Of a stretch of DNA of 64,000 bases, positions 34,954-48,261 are shown piece by piece. Origin of the DNA: Scyliorhinus canicula (taxonomy: Eukaryota); NCBI RefSeq assembly GCF_902713615.1, contig NC_052158.1, positions 30,359,990 through 30,423,989 of the forward strand, read 5' to 3'. Below the pieces are notes generated by a model, which had not been told where the DNA came from, made no database searches, and was given only the letters and a program-made list of their open reading frames with translations. Position numbers and translations under genes: made by a program. Each line of letters opens with the position of its first letter. Positions within the stretch are counted from its first letter, which is position 1.

Positions 34954-37900
34954 TGTAGCCACCAGGGGTGGCCACGTCCCGATTACAAAATGGACACTGC
35001 AGAGAATGAAGGGGAAAATGGACAATGCTGAGAAAGCAACCAGGTGCGAGGTTTGTCTCTTGATTGAAGTTGCAGCTCCCAGGCAAGACCGATACTGCAA
35101 AGCCATTACCATACTAATGGTAATCTCCGGGTACAGAAGAGTAACATTGAGGTAAACGATAATAAAGCAGACACCCCGGAGCCAGAGGAGACTAGATCAA
35201 AGTAGGCCAACGGCCACCTAGTGCCCGCCCAGCAATCAGGGCAGCCACTCCTTTATTGGAGGAAATTGATACCAATGATCAGGATATGGTCCAATTAATT
35301 TGGACCAAGTTCAGGGACCACCCAAAAGCATGCAAAGCCTCCTTTGGCTATCAGAAGAAGCCCCCAAGAGAGAATCGCTCTTCTTGGCCTTGGTTCTCAG
35401 CGACGAGAGACCTGCCTAGCAGCTGCACCAGAACAGGTAAGTCCAAAGTCAACGCACGCTGCGAGATAGACGCTCCTAGCTACTATTCCGTACCAGCTCG
35501 ACCCCAGCAGCCTCAGAACTGGAAAACGGCCATTGTTCCTCTGACTGTGGGCGCCCAAAGCTAAGTATAGGCTTTAGTAGTAGTGATAGTTTAGTTGGTA
35601 GAGTTTGTGCATGAGTATAATTGACTGTGTGTGAATAAATGAGCATTGATTTCGAACTTACTAACTGGTGTATCGAGTCTTTGATCAGTATTTGGTTCTG
35701 AACCCTGTGGCAGTATCGAAAGATACCTGGCGACTCTTGAGCAAACGCAATTAGAATTATGGAAGGCGACCCTATTAACCGCCATAAACAGAGCCAATTA
35801 AAGAGAGACAAGGAGCAACATTTACTGCCGACATCTGACGGGACTCGATTTAGAAGTGGCCTAACCACCCCGAGAGAACTCAAATTTGAATTAAGAATCC
35901 AATTAGAAACAGAAAAACCACAAGTGTAAGAACAATACTGATCAAGCTGCCGAGATTCAGAAGTGTGTTAATGCATGCGTGCTAACAGGGATATAAGGTA
36001 AACCTGAGAGATTTTCTTCCGTTAAACTGTCGGGAGTATTGTCGGCTGGAAAAAAGCGGAAAATAGCGTAAGCCGTACCACAGTTTACATCACCACTTTA
36101 TCATCCCCTGTTCCAAATTCAGTAGAGAACCCAGAGATAGAAAACATGGCAATGAAGGCAATGGAACGCCTTATGAACCCCCAGGAATTCGAGATCTCAG
36201 CGACCATTATTGTCGGACAGTGTCCCGTTTGGGAAGATGAGATCAGAAAATATTTCAAAGGGAAAGGATGGCGCTTTTGGAGTGAATTTTGCGCCAATGA
36301 GGGAGTACAGGACATACTTGGTGGGAGAACCAGTCAGAGATCCACAAGAAGAACTGAGGGAAAGCTCGCAAGCTGATGGAAATCGTGTCCTGTCTGGCAC
36401 AATTGTGAGGCACAGAAGAAGTCGTTCGGACGCTCCATAGAGAGATTGAGAGAGACAGAAATAGTGAGGTAGATGTGAGTAAAGTTGAGAAGTAGAATAA
36501 GGAGTTAAGAGAGGTTAGCAGCGAGGGACAGAGAGGAGGGTGATGCCAAGAGGGCACACCAGTCTTGTCTTGCACATTTAAGTAGCTTCCAGACCCAGTA
36601 TGATAAGGCCTACCAGGAGAAGAAACCGAGCAACAGGTAGAGAAATTGCAGAAACAGTGCAATGATTTGAAAGCAGCTCTACGAGCACTCCACACTTCCA
36701 CAACAGAACAAAGGCAGAGCTTCGTAGACAAACGCAAAGTGCCGGAAGCAAATTGCAGAATTGCAATCTCTGCTTTCCATTCAAAATGGATTTCAGCGTA
36801 CATTCGGACCCCAATTAGATCAGGAAAACGGCCCCGATTGACAGGAATTGAACGAGACTGCCCATAGATACGAGAGCACCCCAACCGCCCACTGAACAGG
36901 CAGAACATACCCCCATGAACCCTGTAGCCACACACCGCAGGGCCGCAGCAAAAGGAGACACAGATTTCCTTTACACAACCCTGTTAACCGTAACCCAATT
37001 ACGGGATGCGTGTGGAAAAATTACACCGTTCCTGCCCACATCAGACCCCCACCAGTTTTTCGCTAAAGTTAAACAGCAGGCCACTATGCATGGCCTGGTC
37101 GAGTGAGAGCAGGTAAAGCTCACAGTTCTAAGCCTCGACCCTTCAGTCGTGGCAGCCCTTCCCGATGAACAGAATGTAGGAGGAGGCACCCTCAAAGAAA
37201 TGCACACAGCGATCCTTGATGCGATCGGCTATAACAGAGGAGACCCGGTAGATGGCCTAAACAAGTGTTGGCAAAAGAAAACAGAGTACCTCACAGCGTT
37301 TGCTGGACGCTTGTGGATTCATTTCACTGCAGTTTTCGGAGAGTTAGCCAGCGCCCATTTGTCCGCAGACGATATGGCCAAATGGACTCGAATCCTTGTC
37401 TCTCATGCAACAGAGGCAAGACAGAGAGTTTGCGCAAATTATGACCTCCTCAGACGCGGCCCACAATGAAAATTGGGTGTTGAAAAGGTTGTCCCACGCT
37501 TGGGAGCAATCAGTCCAAGGCAAAACCGCATTTATCAAACCCGAGGAAGAACAGGCAGACATGAATTCAGTTAAAGCGCACTAGAACCCGCATGGGTAAA
37601 TGTGGGCAGAAACAGCACACCATAGCCCAAATCACAGGAGTGTTACAATTGTGGACAGTTAGGACACTTTGCACGAGAGTGCAACGCGCCACAAAAGCAG
37701 CAGAGAGTCCAACAGACAGGCACCCTAAATTGGAATAGGACAAAGCCGATTCATAGCGTTTGCGCCCGTTCAGACAATGGTAACATGAAAGCACCGACTG
37801 ACGGTGTTCGGGCTCCCCAACGTGGGTCTGTGACACCCTTTGGTACAAGTCCGGTAGACCAGTAGTTGCATGCAAAGTCCGGGGACAGCCCGTAGAATTT

Positions 37901-40900
37901 CTTTGGGACACAGGAGGGTCCCGCACTACACTCAATTCCTCCACGATGTTTCAGAGAGACACGTGGCCTACAACAGACACCATCACACTCAGCAGCTTTA
38001 CAGGTCATTTACAACCGAGACACATCACAGCTCCTGTAGCGATCCAGATAGCAACATTCTTACCAAGCACCCCACAGTTTTAGTTGATCTACCCCACACA
38101 GCAGAACATATCCTAGGGATCGATTTAATGAGCTCCCACAACCTTTCCTTTGATCCAGTTAACAAGTGTGTTTGGAGAATGGCAAAGGCAGCACGAGCCT
38201 CTGCCACACTCATAGTTGGAGAGTACGAGAACAGAATAAGCTCAGTAGGAGACTTCTGGTTCGACCTTCGAGCCATTAGACCAGACAAACCGGTCAGGGC
38301 AGTCCTGCAGGAACACAAAGCAGCATTTGCACAGCACAAGCTCGACTGTGGCAAACTGAGTGGCTCTATGTATATCACAGATCCTGACCCCAGACCCCAG
38401 AAGCAGTACAGATTTCCCCAGGAAGCAGAGGGAGAAACCTCAAAGGTAATAGATAGCTTACTAGACCAAGGCATACTGAGATCAGTGGCCTCCACGAACA
38501 ATGCACCCGTTTGGCCCGTCAGGAAACCGGATGGATCGTGGTGACTGACCATTGATTACCGGGAACTGAACAAAGTAACCCCAGCAGCAGCCCCCACCGT
38601 AGCCACGAGTCACGAGACCATGCTGAAACAGGAACTCCAGTCAATTTTTTTCTAGGTTTTGGACATTAGTAATGGCTTTTGGTCCATTCCTTTGGATAAA
38701 GTGTGCCAGTACAAATTCGCCTTCACATTCAAAGGACAGCACTACACGTCGACGTGCCTTCCACAAGGCTTCCACAACTCCCCTCCATTTTCCACCGACA
38801 GTTGGCAAATGGATTAGCAAAATTTTCCCGACCCGATTCTCTGGTCCAGTATGTAGACGACTTGCTACTGCAGACAGACACAAAGGAAGAGCACATTTTC
38901 TCTTCTCGCCAAACTCCAAGGACTCCTAAAAGAAATTGGTTGTAAAGTTAATCCCAAAAAGGCCCAGATTTTGAAATAAGAAGTGATTTACTTGCGTACA
39001 ATAATCACTCATGGTATACGCGAGATCGAGCAAAATAAAATTGACTCGATCGTCAAATTGCCCCTTCCCCACAATGTCTCAACCCTCCGGTCATTTCTAG
39101 GACTGGTTGGCTACAACCGAAACCATATTGACGGTTTTATCACTAAAGCAGTGCCCCTCTCCAAACTTCTCAAGAAGCAGGCACCTGATGAAAGGCTTCC
39201 ACAGCATACGGATGCCGTGGATGCTTTAAAAAGAGCGCTCAGCACAGCCCCGCACTACAGGTCCCAGATCTACTTTCCCCGTAAGCTATCGAAGTAGCAA
39301 GCACCGACCGAACCCTTTTGGCCGTGTTCCTCCAGGAACGCCATGACAAATTATGACCTTTGGCATACGTTTCACGTGTTTTAGGTCCTGTCGAGCAAGG
39401 ATTTTCTGCCTGTGAAAGGAACCTGCTCGCAGTTTTTCGGGCAGTACAGTACTTCACATACATTACAGGAGTCAACCCCATCAGCATTCTCACTGAACAC
39501 ACCCCAACACAGCTCTTATCAGACGGCCAACTTAAAGATGGCACAGTCATCCAAATCCGCGCAGCCCGTTAGACTCTTCTTTTACAGGAATGGGACATTA
39601 CAGTGAAAAGAATGAAGACCCACAATTTCCTTGCTGATAATTTGCTGTACCCAGGCACCCCTCATGAGTGTGCAATCATCACCACACAGCACAACACAGG
39701 CCCATTCATTCCGAAGGCACCTCCCAAGAAAGCAGGTAGTACACCCCAGACACCCCAGCCCAAACACACGTGTGCACCCTGAATATTTAAGTGGATGGCT
39801 CCTCCACAGTTTTAAATGGAAAGAGAATCACCAGTTGCGGCATTTATGTAGAGGACGTGCAGGGACGCGCCCTGGAAGAGATTTCACTAAAGTTGGCAGG
39901 ACACTTAGACATCTATTAGGCCCGCTTGTATGTCTGTAATAGTTTAACGGAATTCCTACCCCTGTGGGTAACAAGAGGATCTGTTTCCGCAGATGGAAAA
40001 CCCATACCCTGAGCCCCATTACTCCGACACATCATAGGGAAAGCGAAAGACAGAAAATATGGAATCATTAAGGTTCGCAGTCATCACCGTTCTCCCCCCC
40101 CCCCCCCTCCCCCCCCCGGTGACACTAAAGCAGGCGCCCTAGTGAAGGCAGGTTTCAGGCATGGTTACTTTTGGAACCCCACCCCCGAAAGCACCCCAGT
40201 ACATGCAGTTCAGGTCTCACAGACCGACATTCAGGATCTAGCGAAGGTACAGAAAGAGGATGAGAAACTCATGAAGGTTTTAAAGGGAACCTTCCGAGCC
40301 CTTTAAGATAAGTTTAAAAATTCAATGACCACACATGACCCTGTGATTCTGAAAGACGGCATTTATTTAGTCCCCAGGCAGGACAGGAACCAGATCATTT
40401 GTCAGTTCCATGACAATCCTGGACAACAAGGTATTGAACCCACCTTCGGCACCTCAGACCACTCTGCTGGTTGCCTAATTTAAAAGCAGATTTAACCCAC
40501 TATATTGAGAATTGCTTGATCTGTGCCCAAAACAATCCGGACAGTTATGCAAAAAAGGCTCATCTTAGTCATACCCGCCCCATTAATTGTCACTGGACGC
40601 ATCTCCAGATAGATTACATAGGACCCCTACCCCCTTGCAGAAATGGATATACGTATGTGCTGGTGGTCATCAACACCTTCACAAAATGAGTGGAAGCTTT
40701 TCCATCACGAACGAACACGGCAAAAACAACCGCAAAAATTCCAATCCACCACATCTTTACAAGATGGGGACTCCCCCGCAGTATAGAGTCCGATCAAGGC
40801 TCCCATTTCACAGGACGCGTAATGAAAAACGTCCTCACAATTTTCGGGATAAGACAAAAGGTTCATATTGCATACCACCCCCAGTCAAATGGTATTGTAG

Positions 40901-42640
40901 AGAGGACGAACAGGACATAAAAAGCCACCCTCAGGAAAATGGTACAGCAGAATAACAGCACCTGGAATTCAGCTCTGCCATTTGCTTTGATGTTTTAACG
41001 GAACACGGTATCCATGTCCAGAGGATAAACTCCCACACTGTCATGACCGGACGCCCCATAAAAGGGACAGAGTATTTATTAGGACTGGATTTGGCCAGCC
41101 CCGCAGTCACAGCCCTCACAAATGAAAACGCTGCACAGCAGTTAATTGAGAACATAAAGGCAGCCCAATCGCAGCAGCTGTGAGACTTGGGACACGGAGG
41201 ACACAGAGCAAGGCTTGTTTCGACAAAACCGTACACGCCACTGAGTTTGCCGTAGAGCAGCAAGTGATGCTTTCCCTATACAACCACAGTTTATTCCTTT
41301 CCCCAAAATTTTCCGGACCGTACTCAATTTCCAACAAAGTCAACCCCTCGGTATACAATATTACATATCCCAATGGCAAGTCTGCGTGGTTTCTCATAAA
41401 CCAGCTCAAGGCTTATGGCTCGCAGAATAACCACACACACCGCATCTTGCTCGCAGCAGCAGACGAGCATGCATGCCCCGCCCACAGATGATGCATTCCT
41501 ACCCTCCCCCAGCCAGTCCAGCCCGTCCTCGGACACGACTTCAACTCCACCCCCAGAGGCACGACTCCGCCTCGCCACGCCCCCAACCAGCAGCGACAGC
41601 AATGACAACAACCACAGCACAGCACGTTTTAACTATCCCCCTGGACCAGGCCCCACTTCCAGCGATTCCGAACATGATTCCAGTGACCCCTTCGAAATCA
41701 CATACATAAAAGCCCCTGACCAGACCCACCGCCTCACGATTACGGATTACACCCCAACAGCTCCAAACTCGACACACGACTCTGGCACCAGGACAATTCG
41801 TTCAGGCTCATCTGGAACAATGAGAAGGACCCCAATTCGCCCCATGCAGCTTTAGCAAGGTTACTCCAGTCGAGAGTATGGCATCCGGGAGAAGATGATG
41901 ACATTGAGTCTGACTCCCACGAAACGAATACCTTTGCGACTCTGTTCGTTATTGAGCAATGGGGTGTCCAGATGATGGTAAAAATAAACCGATGGAGAGA
42001 TACGGTGATGTTTCTGATGGAACCTGCACCATTTTTTGTTGTATGTTTGTTAGTGTTACTGTTAAGTGTTGATTGTGAAAATTTGCACATTTTTCACGGC
42101 CCCACGCCAGCACTCCTTTAACGCCCCCTGGCAATAAATGGAAGAAGTTTGTCCACAGACAACCGTTCAGAGGTCCAAGTTTGTCCACAGAAACCTTTTA
42201 GAGGTGAAAATTTGCCCAGACACCAAATCGTAACTGTTCATCTGCTTCGAGAGAGAAGAGGCTTAACTTCTACCACCACAACGACCACATTCTTACCCGT
42301 TCTTGCCGGTTGCAGGCAGTGGAGAAACGGCACTGTCCCCGCCCTGCCTGAGGACCCCCCATCCCCCTCCCCCCTGGTCAGCTATGCTCGGATAGAGCAC
42401 ATAGGGCACTGATCACCGTCCTAACAGGGATTCCATCAATTTGTTACCCACCGCGGCCCATACGCACCCCATTGCGGCACTTTTAGTTCAAAAATGTTTG
42501 GTTTGTTTTATGGCGAGCTATTTACATCCCCAAACATTGGGATGGTAAATCGCACAGGCTGCGAGACGGCTCGCACTGTTTCGGTATTCTTCTCGGATGT
42601 CTTGTCCAGCAATTCGGTTTTTTTTTTAATGGGGGAGTCA
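34954..42640 (+). mobile_element. Defective retrovirus-like LTR element, copy 2; 3' LTR absent
   Basis: 5' LTR 34954-~35712 (AATAAA at 35634). PBS TGGCGACTCT at 35728-35737. gag from 36146. Knuckle CYNCGQLGHFAREC. Protease LWDTGGS. RT VQYVDD. Dual RH. Integrase LQIDYIGPL..IESDQGSHF..ER. T-tract plus GGGGGAG at 42631-42637. Confidence 0.93.
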
Positions 42641-42649
42641 CAGATGGTG

Positions 42650-43600
42650 GCCTATTCACTATCATCTTTTTAAGTAACTCTCTTCAATCTATCAAGGCCA
42701 ACTCACGCCTGATATCCTCATAGTTCCCTTTATTAAGATTCAGCACCCTAGTCTCTGAATCAACTACTTCACTCTCCATCTTGATAAAAACTTCTAGCAT
42801 GTTATGGTCGCTCATCCCCAAGGGGTCTCGTACAACCAGATTGGCAGTAATTCCCTTCTCATTACACAGTACCCAGTCTAAGATGGCCGCCTCTCGAGTT
42901 AGTTGCTCCACATGTTGGTCAAGAAAACCATCCCGTATGCACTCCAGGAATTCCTTCTTTTACGCGTTGTGGCTAATTTGATTTGCCCAATCTATGTCAA
43001 GATTAAGATCATCCATGGTCACCGATATTCCCTTATTACATGCATCACTAATTTCTTGTTTAATGCCATTCCCAACCTGACCAGTGGAGTCTGGGGGTCT
43101 ATATATGGCCTTACTAATGTTTTTTGTCCCTTGGTATTTCTCAACTCTACCCATACAGATTCCACATTGTCAGAGCTAATATCCTTTCTCACTATTGTGT
43201 TAATTTCCATTTTAACCAGCAGTGCCAAGCCGCCACCTTTTCTTTTATGCCTGTCCTTCCTAAATACTGAGAACCCTGGGACATTCAGTTCCCATCCCTC
43301 TTCACCCTGCAGCCATGTCTCCGTAATCCCAATTATGTCATACCTATGTATATCTATCTGCGCGATTAGTTCATCCACTTTATTGCAAATGTTCCGTGCA
43401 TTAAGCCACAGAGCCTTTATGTTTGTCTTTTTCGCAATGCTTGTCTTGCTCCTAATATTTTTCTCCACTGCTCTGTTTGAATTTTGTCCTTGGTTTCTCC
43501 ACCTATCACTTTACTTATTCATGTTTCTACCTTTTGCTATTTTCCTTGCTCCCTCTTTCTCTGACTCCTTGCGTAGGTTCCCACCCCCCTGGCATTTTAG
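42650..43600 (-). mobile_element. CR1 LINE ORF2 5' fragment (APE endonuclease)
   Basis: WLNARNICNKVDEL..DIIGITETWL..FRKDR and LDWVLCN..SDHN motifs. Confidence 0.9.
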
Positions 43601-43680
43601 TTTAAACCCTCCCCAGCCGCTCAAGCATATAGGCCCCCTATTGAGGTGTACTGCGTGTGTAGCCATTATTGTAGTTCGTT

Positions 43681-44027
43681 ATAGAACATAGAACAGTACA
43701 GCACAGAACAGGCCCCTCGGCCCTCGATGTTGCGCTGAGCCATGACCACCCCACTCAAACCCACGCATCCACCCCATACCCGTAACCCAACAACCCCCCC
43801 CCCCTTAACCTTACTTTTTAGGACACTACGGGCAATTTAGCATGGCCAATCCACCCAACCCGCACATCTTTGGACTGTGGGAGGAAACCGGAGCACCCGG
43901 AGGAAACCCACGCACACACGGGGAGGACGTGCAGACTCCGCACAGACAGTGACCCAGCTGGGAATCGAACCTGGGATCCTGGAGCTGTGAAGCATTTATG
44001 CTAACCACTATGCTATCGTGCTGCCCC
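43681..44027 (-). mobile_element. Near-intact V-SINE (HE1-like)
   Basis: Reverse complement of 26525-26873. Confidence 0.9.
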
Positions 44028-45544
44028 TTTTAGAAAGTTATGTTTTATGTTGTGGCCTTTCTTAATGTGTGTTTCACAGTTTAATAAACATTATTTTCAA
44101 CGAAAGATTACAACAAGACTGGACTTTTTCTCTTTGATTTGTATATTTTGTTTTCCTCACTTTTTACCAAATTGCAAAATAAACAATTAAGAACCGATGT
44201 TCCATATTACCATTCTGGGTTTTGGGCTATCCTTGCATCTAAAATCAGCGGGGTTCTTAACAAGGGTCAGGAAGTGAGTCAGGAACTTGCCTATGCTTCA
44301 ATGTCAGAGATATACTGGTGTGATACCTATGGTTCCGATAGCTGCCTTTAGTGATGAAGTATTACTACGGGGCAGACAGCCATTCACTTAACCATGCTAC
44401 TGAGGCACAATTCGAAAACGTATATGGCAACAACAAACAAATGCATGGTACACTGTGCTCTCATTGGAGAATGTGGAGGAAAACACACCGAAAGCATCAA
44501 CATCACCAGCTGTTGGAAGAAAGACATTTTTAATAATGAAATTGAAAATTGGAAAGATTGAAACACAATTTTCTGTTTGACATCTTGGCCGTTTACTTGA
44601 ATGTGCCATATGTGAGATCCTGTTTCAGAATCTTTCTGCAAGGTCCATTCCTATTACTTGCCTTCCAGGTGTATAGATATGTTCAAGTACAAGATGAGGC
44701 TCTGTGGTATTTGTTTCCCTGCGGAAAGTTCATTTATTTACTTGGACCAATAATGGTCTTGTATATATATCTCCGCAGGGAGAAATCTCACACGTGGGAG
44801 GCATATTAAGCGAACATGCACGATAGCATGTGCCAAATATGGATGGAAATACAGACTGAATATGAATCCTCGGCTACGTCAATTGGACACCACATACCAT
44901 TGCAGGATGTGGGGGCTTTGGCGGCGTGGTGGGACGAGGGGACAACTCAGGATAGATCTAAATGGAGAAATCTCTTTCGTGGACTTCTCGACGTTTCAGG
45001 AGAACTGATTCAGGTTACGTGATCGTGCCACAAAGCCACCGCCTTCACCCACCAGTCGAATTGTGAATTGATTTGTAATATTTCTAAACGGGTCTTCAAA
45101 TTGAGACTTGGATTTTTATCACATTGAATATAATTCCAACCCGGACAGCGAGCCAATGGTCTCATCGCTACACACTGATCCCTTTACGGAACTAGATAAT
45201 TAAACATGTGAGAATAGAATAGGCTGTGTTTTGTAAGCTGAGTGAATCACCTTTCCATCTAAGATCACCGTTACTTCACTGTTGCCAAAGCAGAAAAGTG
45301 GAACACTGCACAAAACAGACCCGACTTCAGCGTCGCCGGCGCGACTTCCGAACTGCCTACCCAACTTTAGAACCGCCCATCCAACTTTAGAAACGCCTAT
45401 ACTCCTTCGGTTCCGCCCACCTAACATGAGAATCGCCTACTTGGCGTTAGAACCGCCCAACGAAATTCGGTCCGCCTACCGGACTGTGGAACCGCCCATT
45501 TAACTCAAGAACCTCCGACCCCACTGCAGAACCTCTCATCCGGC

Positions 45545-45962
45545 TTCAGGCTCGAACCGAGGAGGGCAGACAGGAGCACACACAGCGAAGAGGAGTGGAG
45601 GGGCGGGGGGCAGGGGTAGGAAGGCAAGGATGGAATCCAAGGAAGTAGCAGATACAGAAAAGCGACCCCCCCCCCCCCCCCAAACCAGCGAATCCACAAA
45701 GGCAATTACAGGAACGGCGAAAGGAAAGAGCGAAGCACAGCAATACGATGCCCAGGGCGAAAGGAGGTACCAGAAAGGAGCCCAACTATCTTCGGCGGAG
45801 GAGGGGGGGGGGGGTGTGCCGGGACAGGAGAGGACCGACAGAACGAATGCGTGCAAAATGGGTACATAATAACCATTATATCCTGTAAATATCGTGTTTT
45901 ATATATTAATCTGTCATAATGAAAAAATTGGAAAATGCCACTAAAAATATTTATTTTAAAAA
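45545..45962 (+). mobile_element. Probable L1-like 3' UTR fragment
   Basis: G/C homopolymer runs and an A-rich end resembling 22135-22180. Confidence 0.3.
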
Positions 45963-46375
45963 TCACCTATTCGACTGTAGAACAGCTAACTAACTTTAAA
46001 CCCGCCTAACCAACTTTAGAACCATCCAGCAGATGACTTGCTATGTTTCCAGAAGATAGCCCTCCACCTAATTCTCAAGAGCAATTGGAATGCGCAACAA
46101 AATGCTTGGATTGCTCGAGGTGGTCAAATAGCATGAAATATTTTTTTCAACGTTCCCTGAAGCAATATTTGGTAAGGCTGCGAAATAGTCAGACCAGAAA
46201 CATAGAAACATAGAAAATCGGAACAGGAGGAGGCCAATCGACGCTTCGAAGCCTTTTCAACATTCGTTCTGATCATGGCTGATCATCCAACTCAATTCCG
46301 CCCCGACACAACCCGCATATTCATTGATGCCCTCCATCCTGAGTGCTAAACCTAACCTATTCTTGTAAACATACA

Positions 46376-47100
46376 GGGCGAAATTCTCCCAAAACGGGAG
46401 AAATAGTAAAACTGCCGTAAAACCCGGGCGGGTTTTACGGCAGCGCGCCCCTTCCCGACGGGGGACCGATTCTGGTCCCCCGTCGGGGCTAGCAGCCCGA
46501 CGTCGGAGGCTCCGACAAATCGGGCTTAACGAAAATCGTTAAACCCGCTTGCCGGAGTTAGCGCCGGCTGACGCGTCATATGACGTCAGCCGCGCATGCG
46601 CAGGTGGGAAGACTCCACCCGCGCATGCGCGGGTGACATCATCGCGTTTTTGCGCGAAACCCGCGCATGCGCGGGCCGGGTTGCCCCTCAGCCGCCCCGC
46701 GTATTGATACTGCGGGGCGGCAGAAGGACAAATAGTGCACGGACATCGGGCCCGCTGCCCGCGATCGGTGCCCACCGATCGCGGGCCCATGGCACCCTTG
46801 GCACGGCCGTGGTACTGCCGTGCCAATCGGTGCCATGGTTATTTTTTGCGAGTTTGTCACGACGTTTTTACGAACGGCAGGACCAGGTGTGTTTGCCGTT
46901 CGTAAAAAGGTCGTAAAGGGCTGGGATTTCGGCCCTTCTAACAGCTGAGAATCGCTGCCGGCCGTAAAAAAACGGCGGCAGCGATTCTTGTCGGGATTTC
47001 GGCGGGGGGGGGGGGGGAGAATAGCGGGAGGGCGTCAAAAAAGTCGGGAAGGCCCTCCCGCTATTCTTCCACCCGTCGTGGGGGGCGGAGAATTTCGCCC
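46376..47100 (+). mobile_element. GC-rich MITE-like element 1 (PIF/Harbinger-type 3-bp TSD)
   Basis: Perfect 14-bp TIR GGGCGAAATTCTCC / GGAGAATTTCGCCC, flanked by ACA on both sides. Strand label is arbitrary. Confidence 0.85.
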
Positions 47101-47103
47101 ACA

Positions 47104-47811
47104 GGGTGCAATTCTCCACACTCACGACGGTGCGGAGAATAGTGGGGTTTGTAAAATTTTACGGCCACGCTAGTCTGACGCCCTCCCGCTATTCTCCCCC
47201 CCCCCCCATGCCCGACTCCCGATACGAATCGCTGCCGCCGTTTTTTTACGGCCAGCAGTGATTCTCAGCTGGCCGATGGGCCCAGTTCCAAGCCCTTTAC
47301 GGCTGTTTTTACAAACGGCAAACACACCTGGTCTGGTCGTTCGTAAAAACGGCCGTAAAGTGCCGATTTTTAAAACCATGGCAACGATTGGCACGGCAGT
47401 ACCACGGCCGTGCCAAGGGTGCCATTGGCCCGCGATCGGTGGGCACCGATCGCGGGCAGCGGGTCCGATACCCGCGCACTTTTTGTCCTTCCGCCGCCCC
47501 GCTGTATCACTTCGCGGGGCGGCTGAGGGGCACCCGGCCCGCGCATGCGTGGGTTTCGCGCAAATGCGCGATGATGTCATCCGCGCATGCGTGGGTTGGA
47601 GTCTTCCAATCCGCGCATGCGCGGCTGACGTCATGTGACGCGTCAGCCGGCGCAAACTCTGGCAAGCGGGCTTAACGAAATTCGTTAAGCCCGCGATGCC
47701 GGAGTTTACGGCCAGAATCGGTTCCCGGTCGGGGAGGGGGAGGCTGGCGTCAAACCCGCCCGGATTTGACGCCAGCCTTACGATTTCTCCCTGTCTGGGA
47801 GAATCGCGCCC
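47104..47811 (-). mobile_element. GC-rich MITE-like element 2, same family, inverted relative to element 1
   Basis: TIR GGGTGCAATTCTCC / GGAGAATCGCGCCC. ACA at 47101-47103 and 47812-47814. Confidence 0.85.
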
Positions 47812-48129
47812 ACAGTGTTTTGGCCTCAACTCCTTACTATGGTACCGAATTCAACAGATTGACCAATCATTCTCTGGGTGAAGACATTTGACCTAATCTC
47901 TACCCTAAATGGTCCACCGGGTATCCTCAGAGTGTGACCTCTGGTTCTGGACATATTCACCATCGGGACAATCCTTCAACGCTGTCTAGTCCTGTTCGAA
48001 TTTTACAGGTTTCTACGAAATCCAACCTCGTTGATCTGAACTCAAGCGAATACAATCCTAACCGATTTAATTTCACCTCAAACGTCAGTCCCACTATCCC
48101 AGGAATCTGTCTAGTAAACTTGGTTGCTT

Positions 48130-48230
48130 TTGTGACTGGAAGCCTTTGTCCAGTGGTATCACACAGGGATCGGTGCTGGGTCCCTTGCTGTTTTAACGTA
48201 CATTAATGATCTAGATATGAATGTGTGTGT

Positions 48231-48261
<31 letters not shown>

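Noticed and set aside
42903-43691. 262-aa hydrophobic plus-strand ORF
   Set aside because: Antisense shadow of the CR1 endonuclease.
44130-44240. Possible third TM exon (IWNI-R-FLIVYFAIW)
   Set aside because: Needs a frameshift and contains stops. The hydrophobicity is explainable by T-rich DNA.
46539-47829. Many overlapping ORFs, up to 219 aa
   Set aside because: Expected from stop-poor, GC-rich MITE sequence. No protein motifs.
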